The notes beneath the pieces were generated by a model. It did no database searches and was not told the DNA's origin. It saw nothing but the letters and a program-made list of their open reading frames with translations. A stretch of DNA of 64,000 nt from Candidatus Zixiibacteriota bacterium. GTDB taxonomy: Bacteria; Zixibacteria; MSB-5A5; GN15; JAAZOE01. The number at the start of each line of letters is the position of its first letter. The stretch's first letter is position 1. Position numbers and translations under genes: made by a program. Of this stretch, positions 44,834 through 53,823 are shown one piece after another. The DNA is taken from positions 6,717 to 70,716 of the forward strand of contig DAOUTW010000006.1 in the NCBI GenBank assembly GCA_030668485.1. Reading direction: 5' to 3'.

Positions 44834-47734
44834 ATGACGCAGCGTTCACTGTTATCCATGACACTTTTGATTATACTTGTTTTTGGCACCGCCGGAGCGG
44901 CACTAACGAACACATCCGAAAGTATAACCATCGCTATCCCGGTCGGCGAGTATTCGATCGACTCCCGGACGGACGGAAATATTGCGACGATTGAAAATTT
45001 CGGGTATCTGCTAATTCCCGGCAAGCCCAAACTGCCGTCTCGTATTTTTCCGGTGGCGTTGCCCCCCGGCGCCGAAGTCATCTCCGTCACCTATGATGTC
45101 GGAGAGGTGATTGAGCTGTCCGGAACCTACGACATTCCGCCCTCTCCTCTGCCTCGAGCGATCGGGCAGGAGGACCCGGAAGTTTATCAGCGAGACAAAT
45201 TGCAATATGATACCAATTACGAGTCCGTCTATGGCAGCAGCGATGTCTATCCGGTGCAGGCGGTGGAGTTGGTGCAGACCGGCATGTATCGTAAATATAA
45301 TCTGGTTGACATCAGGGTCACTCCCTTTGCCTATTACCCGCAGACCAGGCAGCTTGTTTACCATTCCGACATCGTCGTCACGATCAGCTATGTTATCAAT
45401 GATAAGCGTGCGGATGCCGACATCGGCGATGACAATCTCGCTTACAGCGAAAAAACCGCCGCGGAGATGATTTTGAACTACGATCAGGCATCGCAGTGGT
45501 ATTCGTCGGACGGGTTGAAACGCGGCCTGTTCAGTTTTGTCATAATCACACTGGATGCTCTGACGACGGCCGTCACGCCACTGGTCGATTGGGAAATAGT
45601 CAGAGGCCGCACGGTTCAAGTCGTGACAACGTCATGGATCAACACCAATTACACCGGCTACGATGAAGCCCAGCGGATACGCAATTTCCTCAGGGACAAA
45701 TATCCGGCCGATCAGTGGGGGATCGAGAATGTTTTGATAGTGGGCGATTACGACGATATCCCCATGCGCCAGACGGTTCAGGACTGGGGCTACGGTCCGG
45801 TCAAGACAGATTTGTATTATGCCGAGCTGTCGTATCCCGATTCCCTGTCATGGGATTCCAACGACAATTATCAATGGGGTGATGATGACGATGAGATAGA
45901 TTTTTATTCGGAAGTCAATGTCGGGCGAATCCCCTGGAGCGGCACGACCGATGTGGAAAAAATCTGCCTGAAAACGGTCGCCTATGATCAAAACGCCGAT
46001 CCGTCTTTCAAGAAAAACATGCTGCTGCTCGCCGGGTATTTCTGGAACGATGATCCCAATCCGGTCACCGACTGCGCCGTTCTTATGGAGCAGAAAGTAG
46101 ACCATCCCTGGTTTGCCGACTGGACATTTACCCGCATGTATGAGAAAAACAGCACCTGCTGGTCGGATTACGATTGCGATTATCCCCTGCTTAGCAGCAA
46201 TGTCATGGCGGTCTGGCCGAATGAGCCGTTCGCCTTTGTCAACTGGGCGGGACACGGCTCGCCGACATCGTCGCATATTTACGGCATCGGCGCTCCCGCC
46301 TTTATCAGTTCATATAATTGCCCTTCCCTCAATGACAACTATCCGGCCATTATTTTCGCCGACGCATGCAGTAATTCCGATCCGCAATATGTCAACATCG
46401 GTAAGGCGATGATCAAAGATGGCGCGGTCGGATTTCTGGGCGCAACCGAAGTGGCCGGAGGTATGCCCGGGTGGTCCGGACCGCTTGACGGTTCCAGTCA
46501 GTCACTCGATTATTTCTTCACCAAATATATTACCTCAGGCGATTACACCTTCGGTGAGGCACATCAAAAGGCCCTGCGGGAGATGTATCTGTACTCACTC
46601 TGGGGCGGCGCTGTCAAATATCAGATGTTCCAATGGGGCAATATCTGGGGTAGCCCCGGTATCATGATCAATCGTTTGACGATTGAAATCAGGGCCGAGA
46701 GCGATCTTCCGGAATATATCAATCACACCGAGCCGACGATCATTACCGTGCGTATCACCGAGGGCGCCGACACCTATCTTTCGGAATCAGGAACTATGTA
46801 TTGCTCTTTTGACGGCGGCGATTGGGAACCGGTTGCACTGACTCCCGTAGGCGGCGATCTCTTTGAGGCGGAAATCACTCCGCAGGGATGCGACATCACT
46901 CTTAATTACTATTTCGGCGCCGAGGGAAGCTTATCCGGGGCGATTACCTGTCCCTTCAACGCTCCGGCTGAGGTCTTTTCGACCCATGTGGGTATACCCA
47001 CGATAGTCATGGAAGATGATTTCGAACTGGATCAGGACTGGACAGTGAGTAACTCGCCCGGTCTCACCGACGGCGCCTGGAGTCGGGGCGTTCCCGCCGG
47101 AGGCGGTGAATACGGCGACCCGGCATCTGATTATGATCTGTCCGGGCAATGTTATTTGACCGGCAACGAATACGGCAATTCCGATATCGACGGCGGTGCA
47201 ACCTATCTGACCTCACCGTTGCTGCAGCTTCTGTACATCGATGCCGAAATTCATTATGCTCTATGGTACACCAATAACTTCGCCGAAAACCCCAACAGCG
47301 ATTATTTCATCATCCATCTGTCGGATGACGACGGTGCAAGCTGGACGCCGGTCGACAGTATCGGCCCGCATAGCCTAGCCGGCTGGAGTAAAATGTCTTT
47401 TCGGATCAGCGACTATATTATTCCGAACAACCGGGTTCGCGTTCGTTTTGAAGCCAACGATCTGGGCGATGCTTCGGTGGTTGAGGCGGCGATTGATGCT
47501 GTTTCCGTCACGTACATAGAGTGCGTGACTGTGATTTATGGCGATGTCAACAACGACGGCGATGTCAACGTGGCCGATGCCGTGTATATTATCAATTATG
47601 TGTTCAATGGTGGTCCGGCGCCGAGTATTCCCGAGGCGGCCGATGCCAATTGCGATGAGAATGTCGATGTGGCCGACGGCGTCTATCTGATCAACTATGT
47701 CTTCAAGGGCGGTCCGCCTCCCGGCTGCCTGTAA
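44834..47734 (+). CDS. C25-family (gingipain-like) cysteine peptidase with MAM-like module and C-terminal dockerin-like module
   Basis: Start moved to the ATG at 44834 (GGAGGG RBS; signal peptide MTQRSLLSMTLLIILVFGTAGA). An N-terminal propeptide-like region is followed by VLIVGDYDDIPMRQ and TDLYYAELS...VNVGRIP. Catalytic His in NWAGHGSPTSS and Cys in IIFADACSNSD. Dockerin-like module at 47537..47731, ending PPGCL. Confidence 0.88.
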   Translation: MTQRSLLSMTLLIILVFGTAGAALTNTSESITIAIPVGEYSIDSRTDGNIATIENFGYLLIPGKPKLPSRIFPVALPPGAEVISVTYDVGEVIELSGTYDIPPSPLPRAIGQEDPEVYQRDKLQYDTNYESVYGSSDVYPVQAVELVQTGMYRKYNLVDIRVTPFAYYPQTRQLVYHSDIVVTISYVINDKRADADIGDDNLAYSEKTAAEMILNYDQASQWYSSDGLKRGLFSFVIITLDALTTAVTPLVDWEIVRGRTVQVVTTSWINTNYTGYDEAQRIRNFLRDKYPADQWGIENVLIVGDYDDIPMRQTVQDWGYGPVKTDLYYAELSYPDSLSWDSNDNYQWGDDDDEIDFYSEVNVGRIPWSGTTDVEKICLKTVAYDQNADPSFKKNMLLLAGYFWNDDPNPVTDCAVLMEQKVDHPWFADWTFTRMYEKNSTCWSDYDCDYPLLSSNVMAVWPNEPFAFVNWAGHGSPTSSHIYGIGAPAFISSYNCPSLNDNYPAIIFADACSNSDPQYVNIGKAMIKDGAVGFLGATEVAGGMPGWSGPLDGSSQSLDYFFTKYITSGDYTFGEAHQKALREMYLYSLWGGAVKYQMFQWGNIWGSPGIMINRLTIEIRAESDLPEYINHTEPTIITVRITEGADTYLSESGTMYCSFDGGDWEPVALTPVGGDLFEAEITPQGCDITLNYYFGAEGSLSGAITCPFNAPAEVFSTHVGIPTIVMEDDFELDQDWTVSNSPGLTDGAWSRGVPAGGGEYGDPASDYDLSGQCYLTGNEYGNSDIDGGATYLTSPLLQLLYIDAEIHYALWYTNNFAENPNSDYFIIHLSDDDGASWTPVDSIGPHSLAGWSKMSFRISDYIIPNNRVRVRFEANDLGDASVVEAAIDAVSVTYIECVTVIYGDVNNDGDVNVADAVYIINYVFNGGPAPSIPEAADANCDENVDVADGVYLINYVFKGGPPPGCL

Positions 47735-47749
47735 AATAGTAATCTATCT

Positions 47750-47773
47750 CCTGCCCCGCCGGCGCGGGGCAGG
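47750..47773. terminator. GC-rich hairpin between convergent genes
   Basis: CCTGCCCCGC-cggc-GCGGGGCAGG. No U tract on either side. Confidence 0.3.
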
Positions 47774-47793
47774 ATTCTAATATCCTAATAGCT

Positions 47794-48594
47794 TTATAAA
47801 ACCGCTCCGTATGCTTCGGTGAATGCCTTTTTGGCATAAGCGTTAGATGCATAACCGAAGCCGCCGTCACCCCAGCCTGTGCCCCAACTGTTGCGAACGA
47901 TAAAATAGTCCGGTGTATAACCGACCAGACAAACGGCATGCCCGCCGCGCACTGTGCCGGGATAATAAGTTTTGAGATGGCCATGGGTGCGTCTCGCCTG
48001 ATCCCAGGTGCGGTCGACTCCCAGCCGAGTCAAAATCGGTCCCTGAAAAGCCAGCCACGCTTTCCAATTCCGAGTGTTGGTTCCAATATTGTGATAACTG
48101 GCAATCCGCAAAGCGGCCGCCTTGGTATAAAATACCGATGTCTTGAGATACGAAAGGGAGCCTACCATCGGTAACACATTTTCCAGCACACAACCGTAAT
48201 TGCGGGCTACCCGTAGCGCCAGTTTTGTCTGCGTCCCTGATTTTTCGAGGAAAGTTGTCGGATACGATGTCAACTCGTCGGTCTCTTTGTTGGCCATCCA
48301 GATAAATCTTGGCGCCGGACGTTGTTTCTTGGTGATCCTGCCCATTTTGACAAAGTGCCAACGCAGGAGTCCGTCCGCCGCCCCAAAACCGACACAGGCA
48401 CCGGTCTCTTTCTGGTCGCGAATGTTCCACCAATCTTCACGCAAATCGACCTTTTTAGGAATTAGAGTAAACGGACTCAGCGCTTCCGATGCGATCGCAT
48501 CCTCGAAAGTCCAATCCTGCTCCGTTTTTTCTGAGGGGATACAATTGAGAATGTACTCTTCATACTCGCTCTTTACCTTTTTCCTGGATGGCAT
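47794..48594 (-). CDS. C1-family papain-like cysteine peptidase, no signal peptide
   Basis: GGAGG RBS. Q-x5-C spacing in DQKETGACVGFG, catalytic His in GGHAVCLVGY, and Asn-Ser-Trp in VRNSWGTGWGDGGFGY. Confidence 0.85.
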   Translation of the reverse strand: MPSRKKVKSEYEEYILNCIPSEKTEQDWTFEDAIASEALSPFTLIPKKVDLREDWWNIRDQKETGACVGFGAADGLLRWHFVKMGRITKKQRPAPRFIWMANKETDELTSYPTTFLEKSGTQTKLALRVARNYGCVLENVLPMVGSLSYLKTSVFYTKAAALRIASYHNIGTNTRNWKAWLAFQGPILTRLGVDRTWDQARRTHGHLKTYYPGTVRGGHAVCLVGYTPDYFIVRNSWGTGWGDGGFGYASNAYAKKAFTEAYGAVL

Positions 48595-48861
48595 GTGATA
48601 CCTCCATTGCTGTAATTAGGTTGCAAAATATCGGATGATTAATGTCAAAAAGAAATTGGATTACTAAGCGATGATGCCCTTGTCGACATTAATACTTGAT
48701 CTATCAATATTAATAAATATTAATATATTTGTCAAATGATCTTGATCACAAAGTGAATTGCCAGCGGCAATAATATTCCCGCCGTAAAAAACAACCGACC
48801 CGATCATGGCTGCTTGATGATCGGGCCGGTTGTTCTATGATAAAACGGATATTTCAATTGT

Positions 48862-50580
48862 CTATTTCAACAGCGTCATTTTCTTCGATGTTGTGAAATC
48901 GCCTGTCGTCAAGCGATACATATATATTCCGGAGGCAACCTTTTCGCCGTTATCATCAGTGGCATCCCACTCCACGGACAGTTCACCGGCGGCCACAACC
49001 GCATCGAGTAACGTCCGAATCTTCTGCCCGCTGACATTGAAGACTTCAAGCAGCACATCCTGGGTTTCCGGTATACTGAACTTGATTATCGTCGTCGGGT
49101 TGAACGGATTGGGATAATTCTGTTTGAGCTCGAACCCATCCGGGAGAACCGCGTCGGGCGTTTCCTTCAGCTCGGCATCATCAAACTGCGAATCATCATT
49201 TTTGACCTTGACCATGTCGCCGTCTTTCATACAGCGAATGGTCTGGATCCCACCATCCTCATTGAACGTAACCTTAACGTCAAAACCCAGGGCCTCCAAC
49301 TGTGCAACCGCGTCCGGGTCATTCAAGTTTATCCGATGCAGTTCACCGTCATCATTAACCACAACAACATTATCGCCGTCCTCGGTGCACTTCATATCGA
49401 TTATGCATTGTTTACTTCCCGATCCCTCAGCGCCGGTACAATCTCCGATTTTCTTAATGATAATCTTGTCGGAGTCTCCATTGCACAAATATTCATCGAG
49501 ACGACTAACGCATGAATCATCGCTGATAAATAGGCCATGCATCTTGCCCGCTGAACCGAGAGCGGTGATATTTAGTCCCAACTTTTCCAGATGTTCCTCG
49601 ATATCGGGATCATCGAGATTTAGAAGGCGCTGTTCGCCGTCATCACCTGTGATATATATCTGGGTATGACCTTTTTCCAATTCCTCTATGCTGGTGATGG
49701 AGGTAGCTCCGCTCCGGTGGCCAAGTTCACCGGGCTCGCAATCGGTCTGATACATAATGACATTTCGTCCGTCACTGTCGCTCCCCTGCTGGCATATGAT
49801 AGTATCGGCATCATCGGTAATCCAGATATTGAACATTCCCTCATTGACCGAATCGAGATGGCAGAGGGCATTGATGACGATTTCATGCACCTCTTCGCCA
49901 TCATGGTCAGTCACCGTCTTGATGAACATATTCTTGCTTGCTTTTTGCAGGATGGTCATCGACTCGCTGTCGATTATTTCCTGAATATCCTTCAACTCGC
50001 AATTACCCAGTTCATCGAAGGCGGCAACGATCACCTCGACATCACCCGAAGTTGAAAGGTCGGATATCTTGAGAATGCAGGTGCTCTCACAATCACCGAC
50101 ATCGACATTGGCATTTTCCAAACCCAGGGCAGCCATAAGGTCGTTTATTTTTTCGTTGTCCATGGCCAGGTCTTTATTGACACCGGCGATAGCGACCTCA
50201 TAACCCACGGTATTATCAAAACTGAACGGGATGAATGTTACCAGCGCCAGAACAATCACAGCGAAACCAATGGTAACACCGAGACTGGGGCGCCTTTTAA
50301 CCTGCTTGATTAGAGCACTCATTACGGGAATCTCCTTTGTCTTGGCAGAATGGATGGCTTGAGCCCGCGCCTCGACGCGGGTCTTTAGGGCAGACAGAGG
50401 TATATCATCGGTGTTGTCATCGACCGCGGCTGTCGCCAAATCGCGACACAGGGACTGCTCCGCGCGAGCAAAAGCGGCGCAGTCGGAGCATGTCAGGAGA
50501 TGTTGCCTAAGTTCCCCGTCATTGGCCGATACCGTCCCGTGGGACTCGATTAATCTTCGGCGGATTTCTGAACAACGCAT
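48862..50580 (-). CDS. Membrane-spanning anti-sigma factor (zf-HC2) with repeat-containing periplasmic region and a T9SS-type/FlgD-Ig-like C-terminal domain
   Basis: N-terminus MRCSEIRRRL...QHLLTCSDC carries the H-x3-C-x2-C zinc motif. One TM helix, SLGVTIGFAVIVLALVTFIPF. C-terminus (48865..49134) reads FELKQNYPNPFNPTTIIKFSIPETQDVLLEVFNVSGQKIRTLL...SGIYMYRLTTGDFTTSKKMTLLK. The gene overlaps the sigma gene by 31 nt. Confidence 0.85.
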   Translation of the reverse strand: MRCSEIRRRLIESHGTVSANDGELRQHLLTCSDCAAFARAEQSLCRDLATAAVDDNTDDIPLSALKTRVEARAQAIHSAKTKEIPVMSALIKQVKRRPSLGVTIGFAVIVLALVTFIPFSFDNTVGYEVAIAGVNKDLAMDNEKINDLMAALGLENANVDVGDCESTCILKISDLSTSGDVEVIVAAFDELGNCELKDIQEIIDSESMTILQKASKNMFIKTVTDHDGEEVHEIVINALCHLDSVNEGMFNIWITDDADTIICQQGSDSDGRNVIMYQTDCEPGELGHRSGATSITSIEELEKGHTQIYITGDDGEQRLLNLDDPDIEEHLEKLGLNITALGSAGKMHGLFISDDSCVSRLDEYLCNGDSDKIIIKKIGDCTGAEGSGSKQCIIDMKCTEDGDNVVVVNDDGELHRINLNDPDAVAQLEALGFDVKVTFNEDGGIQTIRCMKDGDMVKVKNDDSQFDDAELKETPDAVLPDGFELKQNYPNPFNPTTIIKFSIPETQDVLLEVFNVSGQKIRTLLDAVVAAGELSVEWDATDDNGEKVASGIYMYRLTTGDFTTSKKMTLLK

Positions 50581-51128
50581 ACCTTGTCCTTACTTTGCAA
50601 AGGGTTTGGCAATTTCTTCGAACCTGGTTTTTTGAAATACCGTATCAACGCCTGGCGCATCTTGCCGCGAGTGCGATGAAGCCGGACTCTGATATTGCCG
50701 CCTGACTTTCCGGTCAACCTGGCAATTTCATCAACGGTCCATCCTTCGAGGTCAAAGAGCGTTACCAGCGCCCGATCTTCGGGCGATACGGCTCCGAAAG
50801 CGATCTCCAGACGCCGCCGAGCGGCGTGACGCGGCCCAGGGTTATCGCCGATAGTTGTTTCGGCGATGGCGGGCGTCAGCGACCTGACCCGTTTCCACCA
50901 CGGCTGCTTGATCCGGTTTCTGAACATGTTGACGATTATCCGGTACAGCCATGGCCGGAAAGCCTCGACTTCGCGCAAATCGGAAAAGCCGGTCAGCGCC
51001 GCTACCAGTGCATCCTGGTAAAGATCGTCGCCATCGTCCCGGTTGCCGATCAGCTTGCGGCAAAAAGCCCGCGCTCGAAGGTGCTCCGGTTCAACAAGAT
51101 TCCAAAATAGGTCCCTATTTCTGTCCAT
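50550..51128 (-). CDS. ECF-type RNA polymerase sigma factor (sigma-70 family, group 4)
   Basis: Region 2: DLYQDALVAAL...FRPWLYRIIVNMFRN. Region 4: LFDLEGWTVDEIARLTGKSGGNIRVRLHRTRGKMR. The ATG at 51128 (GGAG RBS) is preferred over the TTG at 51158. Confidence 0.88.
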   Translation of the reverse strand: MDRNRDLFWNLVEPEHLRARAFCRKLIGNRDDGDDLYQDALVAALTGFSDLREVEAFRPWLYRIIVNMFRNRIKQPWWKRVRSLTPAIAETTIGDNPGPRHAARRRLEIAFGAVSPEDRALVTLFDLEGWTVDEIARLTGKSGGNIRVRLHRTRGKMRQALIRYFKKPGSKKLPNPLQSKDKVCVVQKSAED

Positions 51129-51513
51129 CTGACTCCAAGACAAACAATGAGTGCTCAATGTTACAGATTCTTTTGTTTATACGCGAGTTTTAGTCCCAAG
51201 GTCATCCAAACCGATGAAAACCAACAAAATATTTGAATCTTTGCATATTTTTTGATCGTATAGTGAAAGGAAACAGCCGCCTGTGTTACTTATTGAATAA
51301 CAGAACGGGTTGATAACCCCACCCCACCTGTTAAAAACCCTTCTAAATGCAACGAGGCAAGCGAGGTAATATGTATACCTATTTCTATGGGCAAAATTCT
51401 CCATCCAGCATCACCGGGCATACCGGTGGAGTATCGAAGGTCGGAAATCCCATAGGGCAACCGAGGATAACATATTACAAATTCTGTGGTATATTATTCA
51501 ATGGAGGTGGCAA

Positions 51514-53823
51514 ATGAATATTCGCGTTGTTGTCCTGACTTTGGGGTTGATTTTGCTGGCGGCAATGTTAGCAACCGCGGCGGGCGCCGATGATTCGCGT
51601 ACCAATGCAATACCTGCCTATGAGAATCACTCACTTTTAATCGTACCTGCCCTGTCCGATGATGTTATGAGCCAATTTATAAGAGGCGGATTCGATGTCA
51701 TTCGTACTTTGGATGACGGGAGCATGGAAGTGGTCGCTACTTCGAGGGATAAGGAGAACCTTATCGCCCGGTACGACGCTCATGTAAAAATTGAAAACAT
51801 GGAAGAATTTTACCGGTCGCGCCTCGATCCGACAAAGGCTATGGGCGGCTTCCACACTCATGACGAAATGGTGGCTGAGCTGGCCGCTCTTGAGGCAGCC
51901 TATCCAACTATCGCCCGTCTTGATACTATCGGTTATTCCTATGAAGGTCGGGCCATTTATGCCTTCAAGCTTTCCGACAATGTCGATGTCGACGAAGACG
52001 AACCGGAAGTGCAATTTAATGGTTTGATCCATGCCCGTGAACCGATGGGACTCGAAATCTGCCTGACCACCATAAATTATCTGATCGACAATCAATCCGA
52101 TCCTGAAGTGGCGGAGATAATCAACAGCACCGAAATCTGGATTGTGCCCTGCATTAACCCCGATGGATATATATATAACGAGATGACCAATCCCTTTGGT
52201 GGCGGGATGCATCGAAAAAACCGCCGCGACAACGGCGATGGATCATTCGGTATCGATCTCAATCGGAACTCGGGCTTCAAATGGGCCGCCTACCCCAATT
52301 CGACCGACGATACCTATTCACTTCTTTATCACGGTACCGGGCCGTTCTCCGAACCGGAAACCCAGGTATTAAGGGATTTCTGTCTTGCCCATGAATTTGT
52401 CTTCGTAGTCAATTACCATTCCTACGGGCAGGTTTATTTCACTCCCTTCGGTGTGGCTAATGTCTTCGGATGTCCCGATAATTCCGTTTATGACGGCATT
52501 ATCACCACCAATGCCAACATTGCCAATTATGACATCGGGCCCATTGCCGGCCCTACGGGCTTTGGCGGCGACGCCTCCTGCTGGCAATATGCCGAGCAAT
52601 TGGACAAGCGGAAATCGTTTTCCTACCTGCCAGAGACGGCGACCTCATTTTGGCCTCCGGTGGAGGAAATGGAAGAGCACTGTCAGCGCAATCTCGCCGC
52701 CAACCTGCAATTGATTGAAGATGCTCACGAAATGGTTAATCACCCTACGTGGTGGTTGGGTACCGATCTGGCCAGTGTCGATTCGATCATCTCAGATTGC
52801 AGCGAGGATTTCACGGAATCTTTTGTCTTTCGTAATAGTCATGAGACCACCCCGATTACGATCAGTATGAGTTTTAACGATTACTCTTCAGGATTGAACT
52901 GGTGCACGCCGCACGTATTCTCTGGAACCATCAACCCCGGCGAGAGTGTCGACGTTTCTTTCGACCTGCGGCCCTCAACCATGTTCGGCCTGCCCGACGG
53001 TTCCCGTGTAGGCGGAACTCTCCAACTGGTTGTGATCGCACAGGATGCCCAGGGGACTATCGACCTGCTCAATTATGAGGTTATGATGTGGTACGCCGCC
53101 GATTACGATGACGGCGATTCGTTTATGGCCTGTGAAGACAACTGTCCCCTCAATGCCAATGAGGACCAGGCCGATTTCGACGGTGACGGTATCGGAGACA
53201 TCTGCGACAACTGCTGGGAAACACCCAACTCCGAACAGGATGATGAAGACTATGACGGATATGGCGATGTCTGTGATATCTGTCCCGGAGCCGACGACGA
53301 TCGGGATGATGATGGCGACGGCGTTCCGAACGGATGTGATAACTGTCTTACGGCGGAAAATCCGGATCAGCTCGACTCCGATGGCGACAGCTTCGGCGAC
53401 ATGTGCGATATCTGTGAAGGGTTTGACGACCTGATCGACACCGACGAGGACGGCGTGCCGAACGGCTGCGATATCTGCGAAGGATTCGATGACCTGGCCG
53501 ATATCGATGAGGACGGTGTACCTGACGGTTGTGATAACTGTCCCGATCTCGCCAATGCCAATCAGACTGACTTAGATGAAAATGGAATCGGTGATGCCTG
53601 TCAGGCAGTCTGCGGTGACACCAACGGCGATGGCGACCCGAATGTCGGCGATGCCGTTTATATGATTTCCTATATTTTCAAGAGCGGCCCCGCTCCCGAT
53701 CCGGTTTGTGCCGGAGATGCTAATGGTGATGGCAACCCCAATGTCGGCGATGCCGTCTACTTGATAACTTATGTTTTCAACGGAGGTCCGGCGCCGGTGG
53801 AAAGCTGCTGCGCCACGCATTAG
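51514..53823 (+). CDS. M14-family zinc carboxypeptidase with thrombospondin-type-3 repeats and C-terminal dockerin-like module
   Basis: GGAGG RBS and signal peptide MNIRVVVLTLGLILLAAMLATAAGA. Motifs: NGLIHAREPMG (HxxE), HRKNRRDN...GIDLNRN, NYHSYGQ. TSP3-type DxDxDGxxDxCDNC repeats span about 53125..53610. Dockerin-like module at 53611..53820, ending ESCCATH. Confidence 0.88.
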   Translation: MNIRVVVLTLGLILLAAMLATAAGADDSRTNAIPAYENHSLLIVPALSDDVMSQFIRGGFDVIRTLDDGSMEVVATSRDKENLIARYDAHVKIENMEEFYRSRLDPTKAMGGFHTHDEMVAELAALEAAYPTIARLDTIGYSYEGRAIYAFKLSDNVDVDEDEPEVQFNGLIHAREPMGLEICLTTINYLIDNQSDPEVAEIINSTEIWIVPCINPDGYIYNEMTNPFGGGMHRKNRRDNGDGSFGIDLNRNSGFKWAAYPNSTDDTYSLLYHGTGPFSEPETQVLRDFCLAHEFVFVVNYHSYGQVYFTPFGVANVFGCPDNSVYDGIITTNANIANYDIGPIAGPTGFGGDASCWQYAEQLDKRKSFSYLPETATSFWPPVEEMEEHCQRNLAANLQLIEDAHEMVNHPTWWLGTDLASVDSIISDCSEDFTESFVFRNSHETTPITISMSFNDYSSGLNWCTPHVFSGTINPGESVDVSFDLRPSTMFGLPDGSRVGGTLQLVVIAQDAQGTIDLLNYEVMMWYAADYDDGDSFMACEDNCPLNANEDQADFDGDGIGDICDNCWETPNSEQDDEDYDGYGDVCDICPGADDDRDDDGDGVPNGCDNCLTAENPDQLDSDGDSFGDMCDICEGFDDLIDTDEDGVPNGCDICEGFDDLADIDEDGVPDGCDNCPDLANANQTDLDENGIGDACQAVCGDTNGDGDPNVGDAVYMISYIFKSGPAPDPVCAGDANGDGNPNVGDAVYLITYVFNGGPAPVESCCATH

